64,000 nucleotides of DNA from Candidatus Marinacidobacterales bacterium (GCA_965219415.1 CBDCNP010000002.1:640001-704000), one strand, 5' to 3'; counted from the stretch's first letter, positions 51,952 to 62,083 are shown. Numbers and translations are program-made. The notes: generated from the sequence alone by a model not told the origin.

Positions 51952-53301
51952 GTGAGCCAACCTGGACTCTTCGGCGAGCCGAAAGACAAACACCCCGGGA
52001 CTTTCGACGCTCACACGCCCCTCGCGGAGCGTATGCGCCCTCGAGACCTCGACGAGATATTGGGGCAGGATGAAATTGTCGGGCCCGGCACCCCCCTTCG
52101 CGCCGCGGTCGACAAAGACACCGTGGGCTCCTTGCTATTGTGGGGGCCTCCTGGCTCGGGAAAAACCACATTGGCTAGGGTCATTGCTCATCGCACCAAG
52201 TCCTACTTCGTCCCCTACTCGGCGGTACTTTCCGGGATCAAAGAGATTCGAGCCGTCATGCAAGACGCCGAGCGCCAACGGCGGCTACACGGCAAGAAAA
52301 CGATTTTGTTCGTCGACGAGATTCATCGCTTCAACAAAGCCCAGCAGGATGCTTTCCTCCCACACGTCGAGTCCGGTAACGTCATTTTGATCGGAGCGAC
52401 CACCGAAAATCCGTCGTTCGAGGTGAACGCCGCGCTCTTGTCCCGCTGCCGTGTCGTGATCCTGCGGCAACTGGGCTCTGACCATCTCGAAGAAGTAATA
52501 CGACGAGCCCTAGCCGACAACGAAAGGGGGCTGGGTGCCGGCAGGATCGAAATCGAACCCGACGCGCTCGGGTGGTTAGCGCGGCAAGCGAACGGTGATG
52601 GCCGATTCGTGCTCAACGTGCTCGAGGTGGCGGTGGCCGCAAAACCGGAGGGAACGATCTCGCTTGGGGATTTCGAAAAGGTCGTCCAGCGAAAGGCGCT
52701 GCTCTACGACAAAAGCGGCGAGGAGCATTTCAACATAATCTCGGCGCTTCACAAGTCGCTCCGCAATTCCGATCCCGACGCCGGGCTCTATTGGCTGGCT
52801 CGCATGCTGGAGGCTGGCGAAGATCCCCTCTATGTGGCGCGCCGCTTGGTTCGCTTCGCCTCTGAGGACGTGGGGCTGGCCGATCCCCAGGCGCTCTCGG
52901 TGGCGATGGCGGCGAAGGAAGCTTTTCATTTCATCGGCCCCCCCGAAGGGAAATTGGCCCTCGCTCAAGCTGTCGTCTACCTAGCGGCCGCACCCAAGTC
53001 CAACGCGATCTACCGTGCGTACGGGGAAGCCGCCGATGACGCGCTCAAGGAAGCCACCGAGCCGGTTCCGTTGCACCTGCGTAACGCCGTCACGAAATCC
53101 ATGAAGAGCTGGGGCTACGGTCGAGGCTACCAGTACGCGCATGACTTCGATGAGAAGACGACCGACATGGAGTGCTTGCCGGAAAGTCTTGCCGGTAAGG
53201 TTTACTACCGCCCGACCGATGAGGGCTTCGAGGACGCTCTACGCGAGCGCCTCAAAACTGTACGGAAGCAGAAAAGGAAGCTAAGGAAGGAATCGAAGTA
53301 A
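51952..53301 (+). CDS. rarA: Replication-associated recombination protein A
   Basis: PLAERMRP, GPPGSGKTT, DEIHRFNKAQQD, ISALHKS, ASEDVG.ADP. Confidence 0.95.
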   Translation: MSQPGLFGEPKDKHPGTFDAHTPLAERMRPRDLDEILGQDEIVGPGTPLRAAVDKDTVGSLLLWGPPGSGKTTLARVIAHRTKSYFVPYSAVLSGIKEIRAVMQDAERQRRLHGKKTILFVDEIHRFNKAQQDAFLPHVESGNVILIGATTENPSFEVNAALLSRCRVVILRQLGSDHLEEVIRRALADNERGLGAGRIEIEPDALGWLARQANGDGRFVLNVLEVAVAAKPEGTISLGDFEKVVQRKALLYDKSGEEHFNIISALHKSLRNSDPDAGLYWLARMLEAGEDPLYVARRLVRFASEDVGLADPQALSVAMAAKEAFHFIGPPEGKLALAQAVVYLAAAPKSNAIYRAYGEAADDALKEATEPVPLHLRNAVTKSMKSWGYGRGYQYAHDFDEKTTDMECLPESLAGKVYYRPTDEGFEDALRERLKTVRKQKRKLRKESK

Positions 53302-53319
53302 AGGAAAATGGAGGGATCT

Positions 53320-53928
53320 ATGAAGCAATTCGTTAAACCAATCCTCGTTCTCACGATCGCCGCGTTGTCCGTGATCCTGGCGGTTGCGAGTGTCGGGGCC
53401 CAGGGGACGCTGAAGGTCGGCGACAAGGCGCCCGACTTTCCGCACCCGTTCGCGTCGACGGCCGGAGAGCCGGGCAAGATCAAGGTTCAGACGTCCGACT
53501 TCCTCGGGAAGAAGAACATCGTTTTGGCTTTTTACGTTGCTGACTGGACCGGCGGATGAACGCGTCAATTCTCGTCCTACAAGGACGACATCCAGAAGTT
53601 TCTGGATGCGAACGCCCAGGTCCTGGGAGTCAGCACCGACTCCCCGTTCTCTCAAGCAAAATGGCTGGAAAGCCTGGGTATCGCGAGCAAGGACACGCGA
53701 GTAGCGTCGTCCGGCGACTCGCTGCCTGGATTGATCCTGCTTTCTGATCGGAATGCGGATCTCGTCAAAGCCTATGGCGTCGACACATTCGATATCGATG
53801 GCGGCGTCTACGCGAAGCGGGCCACGTTCGTGATCGACAAAAAGGGAGTCCTTCGTTACGTGAACTACGAGTATAAGATCAATGAAGACTACGAGCCTCT
53901 CATGAAGGTGCTTGCCGAGCTCGATTAG
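53320..53928 (+). CDS. Exported peroxiredoxin (AhpC/TSA), probable selenoprotein
   Basis: Signal peptide, LKVGDKAPDF, AFYVADWTGG-TGA(53557-53559)-TRQF...VLGVSTD...LLSD...KRATFVIDK.G in one frame with no other stop. Confidence 0.88.
53572..53608 (+). promoter_or_regulatory. Candidate SECIS (two tandem hairpins)
   Basis: UCGUCC-UACAA-GGACGA at 53572-53588, then CAUCCAGA-AGUU-UCUGGAUG at 53589-53608. Confidence 0.55.
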
Positions 53929-53945
53929 GCGATTCAGGGAAAACG

Positions 53946-54674
53946 GTGGAGGTACCCAAGGAGGTGCGCCTCATCCGTCTCGAGTGCGGTAAGGCCAACG
54001 CCATCGACCTGCGTCTCCTGAAGACGCTTTCGGATGCGCTAGAGGCTGCCCGCGCCGATAGTTGTCGAGCGGTGGTTGTCACCGGGTACGAACAGTTTTT
54101 CTCCGCCGGGCTCAATTTGAAAAGCCTCCCCGACTCACGCGAGGGGATGACGGGCTTCGTTCAAGAGTTCGAGAACGGACTGCGTCACTTGCTCACTTTC
54201 CCGCTTCCGGTGGTTGCCGCTATCAATGGGCATGCCATTGCCGGGGGATGCGTTTTTGCTTCGGCATGTGATTTGCGCTTCGCAGCCGAAGGTTCCTACC
54301 AAATCGGTTTGTCGGAAGTGGACGTGGGACTCCCCTTCCCGGGCTTGGCTCTTGCTGTCATGAAGAACACGATTTCCAATCGCTGGCTGACCGATTTGGT
54401 TTTGGGAGCTCGTCTGCTAACTCCCGACGAGGCGACTGAGGTGGGCATTGTGCACGAGGTCGTCCCGGCGGAGCGGTTGCTCGATGAGGCGGCCGCCCAA
54501 GCGGTACGATTGGGAGCAAAACCCCAGCCGGCCTTTCGGTTAACGAAGGAGGCGATGCACCAGGACCTTCTAACTCGAGTCGAGTCGGTCGCCGAAGAGA
54601 CGCGGAAACAGTTTCTCGACTGCTGGTTTTCGAAGGAAGTGCGAGGGCGACGGGAAGAACTGCTGAAACGATAG
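53946..54674 (+). CDS. Enoyl-CoA hydratase/isomerase family protein
   Basis: FFSAGLNL, PVVAAINGHAIAGG, IGLSEV. Confidence 0.92.
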   Translation: MEVPKEVRLIRLECGKANAIDLRLLKTLSDALEAARADSCRAVVVTGYEQFFSAGLNLKSLPDSREGMTGFVQEFENGLRHLLTFPLPVVAAINGHAIAGGCVFASACDLRFAAEGSYQIGLSEVDVGLPFPGLALAVMKNTISNRWLTDLVLGARLLTPDEATEVGIVHEVVPAERLLDEAAAQAVRLGAKPQPAFRLTKEAMHQDLLTRVESVAEETRKQFLDCWFSKEVRGRREELLKR

Positions 54675-54692
54675 AGTGTTTGGCCTGGCGGC

Positions 54693-55160
54693 CTACTCCA
54701 ACTTTTCGCCGAGACGATCGAGATCTGGCTGCAGTTCCTCGAGCATTTCCTGAAACGGAGTACGGTCGGCTGCTCCCCCGACGGGGGCCACGTCGAAGGC
54801 GGCGGTCGTTAGTAGGCCCTTCAACTGCGAGCGCACCCCGTCGGGTAGCCCGGTGAACTGAACGCCGTGAAGCACGGCACCCAGGAGTGAATCCTGCGAG
54901 TCTTCCCCCTCACCGCTCCAGACAATGTGTCCTTTGGTCTCGAAGACGCCAAGGCGGTCGAGGCTGACCTTGAGATCGACTCTCCAACCCCTTTTCAGCA
55001 GCAGATCGGTAATGAGGCAGGCGCCCGACTCGGAGAAGATCGCGGACCACTCCGCAGCCGAGGGGAAAACCGTCTTCATTGACGGCAACGGTGACGGAGT
55101 ATTTCGGGACGAATCGCCGTGCGGCGCGAGGGGGGCTCTCCTCGATCTTCGAGCTCAGGA
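54693..55160 (-). pseudogene. PilZ-domain protein with a +1 frameshift (~55035); start uncertain
   Basis: RAARR...VRDL(fs)SESGACL...GHIVW...HGVQF. Confidence 0.7.
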
Positions 55161-55694
55161 CTTCGTTGAGTTTTGTGACCTCGGAAAACGTGTCGAATAT
55201 GCTCTTTCGACGACACCGGCGGGTGCGCCTTCGCCAAGTTGAAACCTGCCCAAATCGTCGCATCGTCTAGACTTACTGCTGGGAGTAAACAAGGTAAGTC
55301 GATGCCACCCGGAAAGTCAAGGATTGTGATTTTCATCACCTTATTTGGGGCCCGGCATTTCTCGCCATGCATTTCTCGCCATGTACCACCCTTTTGGTGC
55401 GGACTCCCTCCGGGCCCGCTCAGGTACCACCCATTTGAAGGAAAAGTTGGACGAGGATGTCGTTTTGGGGTACACCTCTCACTCACGTCCGTTGGCGTGT
55501 CGAAATGGAGGGGCCTTCTTGTGCTCACCAGGGTTGTCCCATTATGTGTGCTCGTTGCGTGGATGGGAGTGGGCCGCCAGGACGCAAAAACCACCACCGA
55601 AGTCTCGTACACGATAGTTGGCGGCAAGGCGATACATAGACAAGCCTTGGCAACCGCAAATCTCTCGCTAGTCAATTCCGAAGGAGAACAACAG

Positions 55695-56594
55695 ATGTTC
55701 CGCGAGCCACTAATCCTATGCGCTTTGTTGATCTTAGGTTTCGCTGTCAACAACGGCCGGCCTGCCCGCGCGCAGGTAATCAGCCTGAAGGAAGCGGTCA
55801 ATTTACCCAAACCGCCGCCCGACCATCGCATCCCCCATGGCGATGACGCGAATCGATTCGGTGACCTACGACTACCGGCAGGCGACGGGCCTTTTCCTGT
55901 GGTTATCGCCATCCATGGCGGTTGCTACCAGGCCAAGTACGACCTCACTCTGCTGAATAGCTTTTGTGCAGATCTTACCGCGGCGGGCGTTGCGACATGG
56001 AATATCGAGTATCGCCGCGTCGGAAACGAGGGTGGTGGATGGCCGGGTACATTCGAAGACATCGCCCGCGGATCGGACCATCTCCGAGTGGTGGCGCAAG
56101 ACTACCCGCTCGACTTGACTCGCGTGGTGGCGGTTGGTCACTCGGCGGGCGGGCATTTTGTCGCGTGGTTGGCCGCTCGCTCACGTCTCCCAAAGGGCAG
56201 TATTCTCTATTCAGAAAAACCGATCTCGCTTCTAGGGGTCGTGCCACTCGCCGGGGTAATGGACTCGCGTGCCGACCTCGAGGGTGGCGTCTGCGAGAAA
56301 GTAACGCCCAAGCTTCTCGGCGGCCTACCGTCCGAAGTTCCCGATCACTATTCTCAGGTCTCCGCAATCGAGTTGCTGCCGCTCGGGATACCGATTCGAT
56401 CGATCATCGGAGACCAGGACGGCCCGGTACTGATCGACATGGTCAGGCGCTACGACGAGAAGGCTCGTGCAGCAGGAGATGATTCGACGCTATCCATCGT
56501 CGAAGGAGCTGGGCATTTCGAGCTGACCACGCCGGGTAGCTTCGCCTGGGCGCTCGTGAAGGAATCGGTCCTTTCCCTCCTCGAGCCCAAATAA
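55695..56594 (+). CDS. Secreted alpha/beta hydrolase (HSL-like esterase)
   Basis: AAGGAG RBS, signal peptide, HGG, EYRR, GHSAGG, AGHF. Confidence 0.9.
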   Translation: MFREPLILCALLILGFAVNNGRPARAQVISLKEAVNLPKPPPDHRIPHGDDANRFGDLRLPAGDGPFPVVIAIHGGCYQAKYDLTLLNSFCADLTAAGVATWNIEYRRVGNEGGGWPGTFEDIARGSDHLRVVAQDYPLDLTRVVAVGHSAGGHFVAWLAARSRLPKGSILYSEKPISLLGVVPLAGVMDSRADLEGGVCEKVTPKLLGGLPSEVPDHYSQVSAIELLPLGIPIRSIIGDQDGPVLIDMVRRYDEKARAAGDDSTLSIVEGAGHFELTTPGSFAWALVKESVLSLLEPK

Positions 56595-56613
56595 ACCGGG
56601 GCGGCAGCCGAAT

Positions 56614-56856
56614 CTATTGGGGAGGTGCGATCAATCGTCGCACGAAGGACTCTGCCCGGTCGAGCGCCTCCTTGGGAACAGGGCCGTGAAACTCGAGGCC
56701 CAGAAACGGCCCCGGACCCTCTACCGTCACGGTCCAACCCCCACCCTGGTTCACCGCGACCAGGGCGATCTCACCGTCTGGAACCCGCAAGGTCCTCAAG
56801 ACGCTCAAGCCATCCTCGAGAACTTTTTCGCTCGAGCACATATCGGGAGTAGACAT
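56614..56856 (-). CDS. Hypothetical protein
   Basis: GAGGAGG RBS before ATG; plausible 80-aa ORF. Confidence 0.5.
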   Translation of the reverse strand: MSTPDMCSSEKVLEDGLSVLRTLRVPDGEIALVAVNQGGGWTVTVEGPGPFLGLEFHGPVPKEALDRAESFVRRLIAPPQ

Positions 56857-57145
56857 TTTTCGCCTCCTCTCGTACCAGCCTTCCGGCACTCTTGACTCGA
56901 ACAAAGCAAGAACCATTCCCCGTCGTAAATGGTGATTCTAAACAAACAGACGTGTAGAGGCTGCCAATGTTTGACGCCCCAACCTCTCAAAATGTGTGAG
57001 CCTTGTGACGCGGGACAAGGTATCCGCGTGAGGCGGATCACAATCTAAGCAAATGGGGTGGCTAACCGGCGTCTGGCTAGGTTGATGTCGCCAACCGAAC
57101 ATTTTGACGCCCGACAAGGACTGGCGCCGGTTCAAACCGGGCCGA

Positions 57146-58426
57146 CTAGCCGGCTTTGATGCGCGCCAAGGCGTCCTGGGCAGCGCGGGCTACGTCAGGA
57201 TCGGACTCCTTCGCCGCGGCTTGTAGCAGTGGAAAACTACTGTAAGAGCGCGAGGTTCCCAACGCGACGAGGGCTTGAACTCGGGGAGCAAGTGTTTCGT
57301 CGGCGGCGGCTCGCTCCAACAACTTAACAGCCCATGCGTCGCCGAGGGATTCCAAACACAGACACCCGATGTGCTGATGGATCTCGCCACCGCTTCCGAG
57401 CGAGCGCTCGATCGCTTGGTGCAGGTCGGGTGCCGCCGAGCCCGCGGAACGCGCCTCCCGATGGCACTCGGACGCCAAAACCAAGTCCCGTTCGAGAAGG
57501 CCTTTCACCAAATCGGAGCTGTCTTCCAACATCCCACTCAGGAAAGCGAGTGCACCATGAAAGGAGCCTCGCTTGAGATTGTGGGGACGATCATCGAGCG
57601 CCGAATCGTGTATCCACTCCGCAGCGTCGACGAGCTCAAGAATCTCACTGGTGCTATTGGACCGGAGGGCGTAGGCAGTCAGAAACTCCTGGATGTGTTC
57701 CGGAGTGTTGAACTCACTGCCGCCGTCCGCGTGAACCAGCCCTACCTTGGCCTCGCCAGAGGACCAACGACTCGACGTCAGCAAATGCAGGACGTCAACG
57801 TTTCGGCGCACGAGACCATGGAGCCGATCCCGTGTGAGACCGTCCCTACCGAGCGCTCTCCCCTCTTCCTGGACCAAGATCAGCCCTTCTCGCTCCAGCC
57901 GACGGAGAGCGTCACGTATGGCGGCCGCCTCTTGCCGGATCCGGGGAGCATCTCTGTCGTCGGCAAACTCGGCGGCAAGAAGCACCTTCAGTGGGACCTC
58001 GAGGGGAACCGAAGCCGGTTCTTTGGTCTGCTCGTTTCGGGAGAATTTCCGAGGAAGGTAGCCCGACGGGTGTCATAGAGACAACTCCCAAGGTAGACGG
58101 GCGACGTTTGGCGGATCGATTTTCAATCGAATGAGGAGCCGAGTCTCGGTGGGGCGCGTCTGCTCGCGAAGGTGGATGTAGAGCCGAAGGAGATCGCCTT
58201 GGAACAGGGTGTCGAAAAGCCTGGCTCCAACGTACTGGAGTTCTTCCGGGTTGAGCTCGTCAAGGTGGTCGACGTAGCCAACGAATCGCGGGTCGTCGAA
58301 GGGCATGTGGATCTGCACCGGTAGCGTAGAACGGCCAAACTCATCCCAACCCACGGCCGAATAGAAGCCGGGTGTCGGGTCCGTCCACACAGCTAGCAGA
58401 AGATCCTGGTGTTCAAGCCCCTTCAT
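57146..58426 (-). pseudogene. CHAT-like N-terminal domain plus HEAT-repeat protein, two frameshifts (58030-58085)
   Basis: GARLFDTLF...RL.ID...ARLPWE(fs)CLYD...(fs)PLKVLL...DVLHL; C-terminal HEAT-like repeats. Confidence 0.6.
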
Positions 58427-58515
58427 GCCGTTCTTCCTGGCGCGCCACGATGGGACCCCGGAGAAACCAATCCCTCTGAGGCCACAAGTGCATCAATCTT
58501 AGGAGTTTGCCGCGC

Positions 58516-58544
58516 TTTCTACACTATTCCGAGCTTCTTGTCAA
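58516..58544 (-). promoter_or_regulatory. Candidate sigma70 promoter
   Basis: TTGACA-N17-TAGAAA on the minus strand. Confidence 0.4.
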
Positions 58545-58636
58545 GGTCTCGGACCGAAGGCATTTATTTTCAACGGGATCCAGGGTACACACCGGAACAC
58601 GGCTTTTGCTCGTGGGGCATCAAGCCTCCTGACCCG

Positions 58637-58730
58637 ATCCTCTTGCGATTACCCCATTCGGGTGGGGCATGATGGCCCTGAGCATCCCCTTGCGATTACC
58701 CCATTCGGGTGGGGCATGGTGGCCCTGAGC
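58637..58730. repeat. 47-bp tandem repeat with internal hairpin (REP-like)
   Basis: Two copies differing at 2 positions; CCCCAT-TCGG-GTGGGG stem; degenerate third partial copy at 58612-58634. Confidence 0.9.
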
Positions 58731-58744
58731 CGCCGTGGACGTCG

Positions 58745-59524
58745 CTATCCCTTGAAATTGGCCTGCAGGATGTTCATCCGGTAGTCATCGCCTTCCATTT
58801 GGACATCTCTGCACATTTCGTAGAGTCGCGACCGGAGGCGAGAAGTGATCCTCTCCGACAAAGTATATTCTTCGGTCGGCGGGCGTTTGCCAAACCCGGG
58901 GGTCGGGGTGGATCGCGCCGCTCCTCGACGATCTGAGAAATTGGTCGTGATGACGGTGAGCTTCTTTTCGTTGTACCTGTGGTTCAGGATATAGAAGAGC
59001 GTATCGAACACCCAGAGAGTTGAGTTTTCTCCGCCAAGATCGTCGAGCACCAGCAGCTCCGACTCGAGCACCGGCTGCAGGACTCCCATCTCCGTGACCG
59101 AGGTTTCCGGACTGTACGATTCCTTTATTTCCCGCAGGAGCGCGCGGAAATCGGCGAAACGAGTACGGGTCCGAATACGTCTCTCCACCAACACACGCCT
59201 GCAAATGGCAACGGCTAGATGGGTTTTCCCAACCCCGGGAGGTCCGCTAAAAAGGAGACCGGCCTCGTTGTCCGGGAACTCGTCGGCCCACTTCCCCGCA
59301 ATCTTGCAGGCCTGCGCCAACTTAGGGCGGAGCAGCTCGAAGGGCTTCCCACCACTCCGGTCGTCGAACGCGCAGTCGCGATACCGAGACGGGACCCGGG
59401 CCTGCCCCATAGAGGAGCCGGTAGTGTCACCCAGCCAACAATCGCACCGCTCTACACGAACGACACCATCGCGTTCGAGCCACCTCCACGACGTGCCGTC
59501 ACAAATGGAACAAGGAGCGCTCAA
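58745..59524 (-). CDS. DnaC/IstB-like AAA+ ATPase (helicase-loader family)
   Basis: N-terminal CxxC...Cx[29 protein letters not shown]. Confidence 0.9.
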   Translation of the reverse strand: MSAPCSICDGTSWRWLERDGVVRVERCDCWLGDTTGSSMGQARVPSRYRDCAFDDRSGGKPFELLRPKLAQACKIAGKWADEFPDNEAGLLFSGPPGVGKTHLAVAICRRVLVERRIRTRTRFADFRALLREIKESYSPETSVTEMGVLQPVLESELLVLDDLGGENSTLWVFDTLFYILNHRYNEKKLTVITTNFSDRRGAARSTPTPGFGKRPPTEEYTLSERITSRLRSRLYEMCRDVQMEGDDYRMNILQANFKG

Positions 59525-60378
59525 TTGAGGAAACCCCGCATGGCCTGGGCCGTGTTCGAACGACGCAACTTGGCGATGGCCCTCGATTCGATCTGCCGAA
59601 TCCGTTCCCGCGAAAGTCGTAGCCGATCCCCGATTTGCCGAAGGGTCTGGGGCTCCTCGCCGTCGAGGCCGAAGCGAAGCCGAACAACATTCGCCTCCTT
59701 GGAACCGAGCACGGTCAGAAGTTCTTCGATTTGCCCCAAGAAAGACTTCCGAATCAGCTCCACCTCGATCTGAGGATCGGTTCTCTGCTCCAAACGGTCG
59801 CTCAACTCGATGTCTCCGTCCTCGCCCACCGTTTCCGACAACGAGACATCGTGGCCGGAAATAGCGATAAATGTGTTCACCGCATCGAGTGAAAGGTCAA
59901 GCGTCGCCGCTACTTCTTCCGGGGCCGGCGTGCCCTTGTCATCTACGTCAGCCTTAAACTCGCGCTCGATGCGACCGAAAGCCATGGCCATGCGTGACGG
60001 GACGCTAAAGACGCGGGTGTGCTCCGAAACCGCTTGAATGATGGATTGTCGAATCCACCAGACCGCGTATGAAATGAACTTGACGTTGCGGTCCGGATCG
60101 AATCGACGCGCTGCTTGAATCAATCCTAGGTTCCCCTCGTGTATGAGGTCTAAGAATGACAACCCTAAACCTCTGAAGCGTTTAGCATAACTCACACCGA
60201 ATCGCAGGTTGCACTCCACGAGCTTTCGGAGCGCGTCCTCGTCCCCTTGCCTAATTCGGTGCCCTAGACTTTTCTCATCCTCGGGGGTTAGGCGAGGAAA
60301 CTTGCTGATTTGGCGTATGTAATGGCTGAGCGTTGCCGCGTCGTCGGATGAAAGCCCCCATCCCCGTGCGGCCCGCAT
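59521..60378 (-). CDS. Sigma70-family RNA polymerase sigma factor (RpoD/RpoS-like, no region 1.1)
   Basis: DLIHEGNLGL..AA.RFDP, KFISYAVWWIRQ, SRERIRQIE; start uncertain (60378 to 60492). Confidence 0.92.
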   Translation of the reverse strand: MRAARGWGLSSDDAATLSHYIRQISKFPRLTPEDEKSLGHRIRQGDEDALRKLVECNLRFGVSYAKRFRGLGLSFLDLIHEGNLGLIQAARRFDPDRNVKFISYAVWWIRQSIIQAVSEHTRVFSVPSRMAMAFGRIEREFKADVDDKGTPAPEEVAATLDLSLDAVNTFIAISGHDVSLSETVGEDGDIELSDRLEQRTDPQIEVELIRKSFLGQIEELLTVLGSKEANVVRLRFGLDGEEPQTLRQIGDRLRLSRERIRQIESRAIAKLRRSNTAQAMRGFLN

Positions 60379-60496
60379 GAGCCGATCATGCCGCAGGTGT
60401 GCCCTTCTCGGCAAGGCTTGTCGGGTCATGTACTCGTCATCAGGTCTTACCTTTTTGTAGGGAGGAAAGGGGGTCGTTTTTTCGTCGATCACTTAC

Positions 60497-61425
60497 ATGG
60501 CAAGAAAGACTACGTTTCGTCCCAGCGGGCTATTTGGTCGAGGTTACCAACCGAACATTCCAAGGGCGCTATCTACTTCCACCCACTCCTGAATTCAAGG
60601 ACATTGTTGTCGGCGTTCTCGGCAGAGCCCAGGCGCGCTTTCGCATGACCATTCACGCGTTCATCTTCCTCTCCAACCACTACCACATGCTGGTTTCACC
60701 GAGCAGCGCGAAACAACTGGCCGACTTCATGTGTTTCGTGGACGGCAACATAGCTAAGGAGGCTATCCGATACGTCGGTTGCTGGAAAGGCAATGTCTGG
60801 GAGGGCCCCTATCACTCCATTGTTGTCAGCAACGAGGAGCGAGCACACGTTGCCCGCCTCAAGTACGTTTTGTCCAACGGTTGCAAGGAAGGGCTCGTGG
60901 CGAGGCCCCAGCAGTGGACCGGCGCCAGCACCGCTTCCGCCCTGTGGAGGGGGATCAAAACCATCAAAGGTCGGTGGTTTGACCGAACTAAGGAATACCG
61001 TGCTCGGCAATTGGGCAAGTTTGAGACACACGAATCTGTCGAAACCGTTGCTCTCACTCCGCTACCCTGCTGGGTTGACCTCGACGACCATGTTCACACG
61101 GCAAGAGTGCGGGCTCTCATCGGCGAGATCGAAATCGAAACTGCCGAGATGCAGCGCAGGAACGGAACCGCCCCGTTGGGTATGAAAGCAGTACTCCGAC
61201 GGAATCCCCTTGACCAACCGGAAGACTTCAAACGCACTCCCGCGCCCCTTTTTCATGCCGCCACTCAGGAGGTTAGGCGACGGCTCCGGGAAGCCTACAG
61301 CACCTTCGTGATGAACTATCGAGAGGGCTGCAGAAAAACTCCAGAACGGCGATCTTGCAGTGTGTTTCCCACGAGGAAGTTTCCCTCCCCCGCGTCCCTT
61401 CGTCGCCGTGCTCGAACCCACCTAG
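60497..61425 (+). pseudogene. HUH/Y1 transposase (IS200/RAYT-like) with two +1 frameshifts
   Basis: LSNHYHML HUH motif, W.GPY.S, KYVLSN..KEGLV; frameshifts near 60510 and 61325. Confidence 0.82.
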
Positions 61426-61565
61426 CCGTCCAAAAAATGACGCGGCGGTACCGAGCAACTGTGCGAGAGTTTGCCTGTTTTGCTCCGGTGCGCCGACAAC
61501 CTAGCCTCCTGCTCGTCCTGACGACCGCCGTTTCCTACCACGACAGCGATGAACACCAGGTGTAG

Positions 61566-61612
61566 CGCCCACCAGTACCTCGATCAGGGCCGCTCGAGGT
61601 AAATGGGTGCGC
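61566..61612. terminator. Hairpin between the convergent transposase and hspR
   Basis: TACCTCGA...TCGAGGTA core stem with extended pairing. Confidence 0.35.
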
Positions 61613-61615
61613 CCC

Positions 61616-62083
61616 TTAAGCGTCCTCTGACCAGGCGTCCTCTAGGCGTCCTCTAGAGTCTTGGGGAACCTTGACCAAGTCACGCGGCGGAAGTTTTACC
61701 AGAGCGTTCTTCACGCGATCCTTCCACCCTGCCTCTTCCTTCATCATTTCCCCGCGCACATACTCGATGAATTCGCTCACCTCGGCCTGCATCTGTTCCA
61801 TCTTCCGCCGCATATTCAAAATAATCTCGACCCCCGCAAGGTTCACACCCAGATCGCGCGTGAGGTTGAGGACCGTTTCTAGCTGACGAAGATCCTCTTC
61901 CGAGTAGAGCCGGGTGTTGCCTTCAGTGCGAGAAGGCTTCAGCAGACCCTCGCGCTCGTAGAGCCGTAGGGTCTGGGGATGAATCCCGTAGGTCTGCGCC
62001 ACGGCGCTGATCATGTAATAGCCTTTTCCCTTGGGACGGCCTCCTCGAGATTTCTCGCGCGGTGGCGGAGTCGATCGTTTCAC
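61616..62083 (-). CDS. hspR: Heat-shock repressor HspR (MerR family)
   Basis: YMISAVA...IHPQTLRLYEREGL..PSRT.GNTRLYS, LGVNLAGV; downstream of dnaK-dnaJ. Confidence 0.88.
   Translation of the reverse strand: MKRSTPPPREKSRGGRPKGKGYYMISAVAQTYGIHPQTLRLYEREGLLKPSRTEGNTRLYSEEDLRQLETVLNLTRDLGVNLAGVEIILNMRRKMEQMQAEVSEFIEYVRGEMMKEEAGWKDRVKNALVKLPPRDLVKVPQDSRGRLEDAWSEDA

Noticed and set aside
55560-55660. c-di-GMP-I riboswitch (GGACGCAAAA)
   Set aside because: Upstream GGCAAAC/GNRA stem and downstream receptor stem are not found
55239-55694. N-terminal extension of the hydrolase ORF
   Set aside because: A strong RBS and signal peptide mark ATG 55695 as the start
58612-58730. CRISPR array
   Set aside because: Units are contiguous with no unique spacers, only about 2.5 copies, and no cas genes
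58745-59524. IS21 IstB or prophage replication module
   Set aside because: No IstA, terminal repeats or phage genes adjacent
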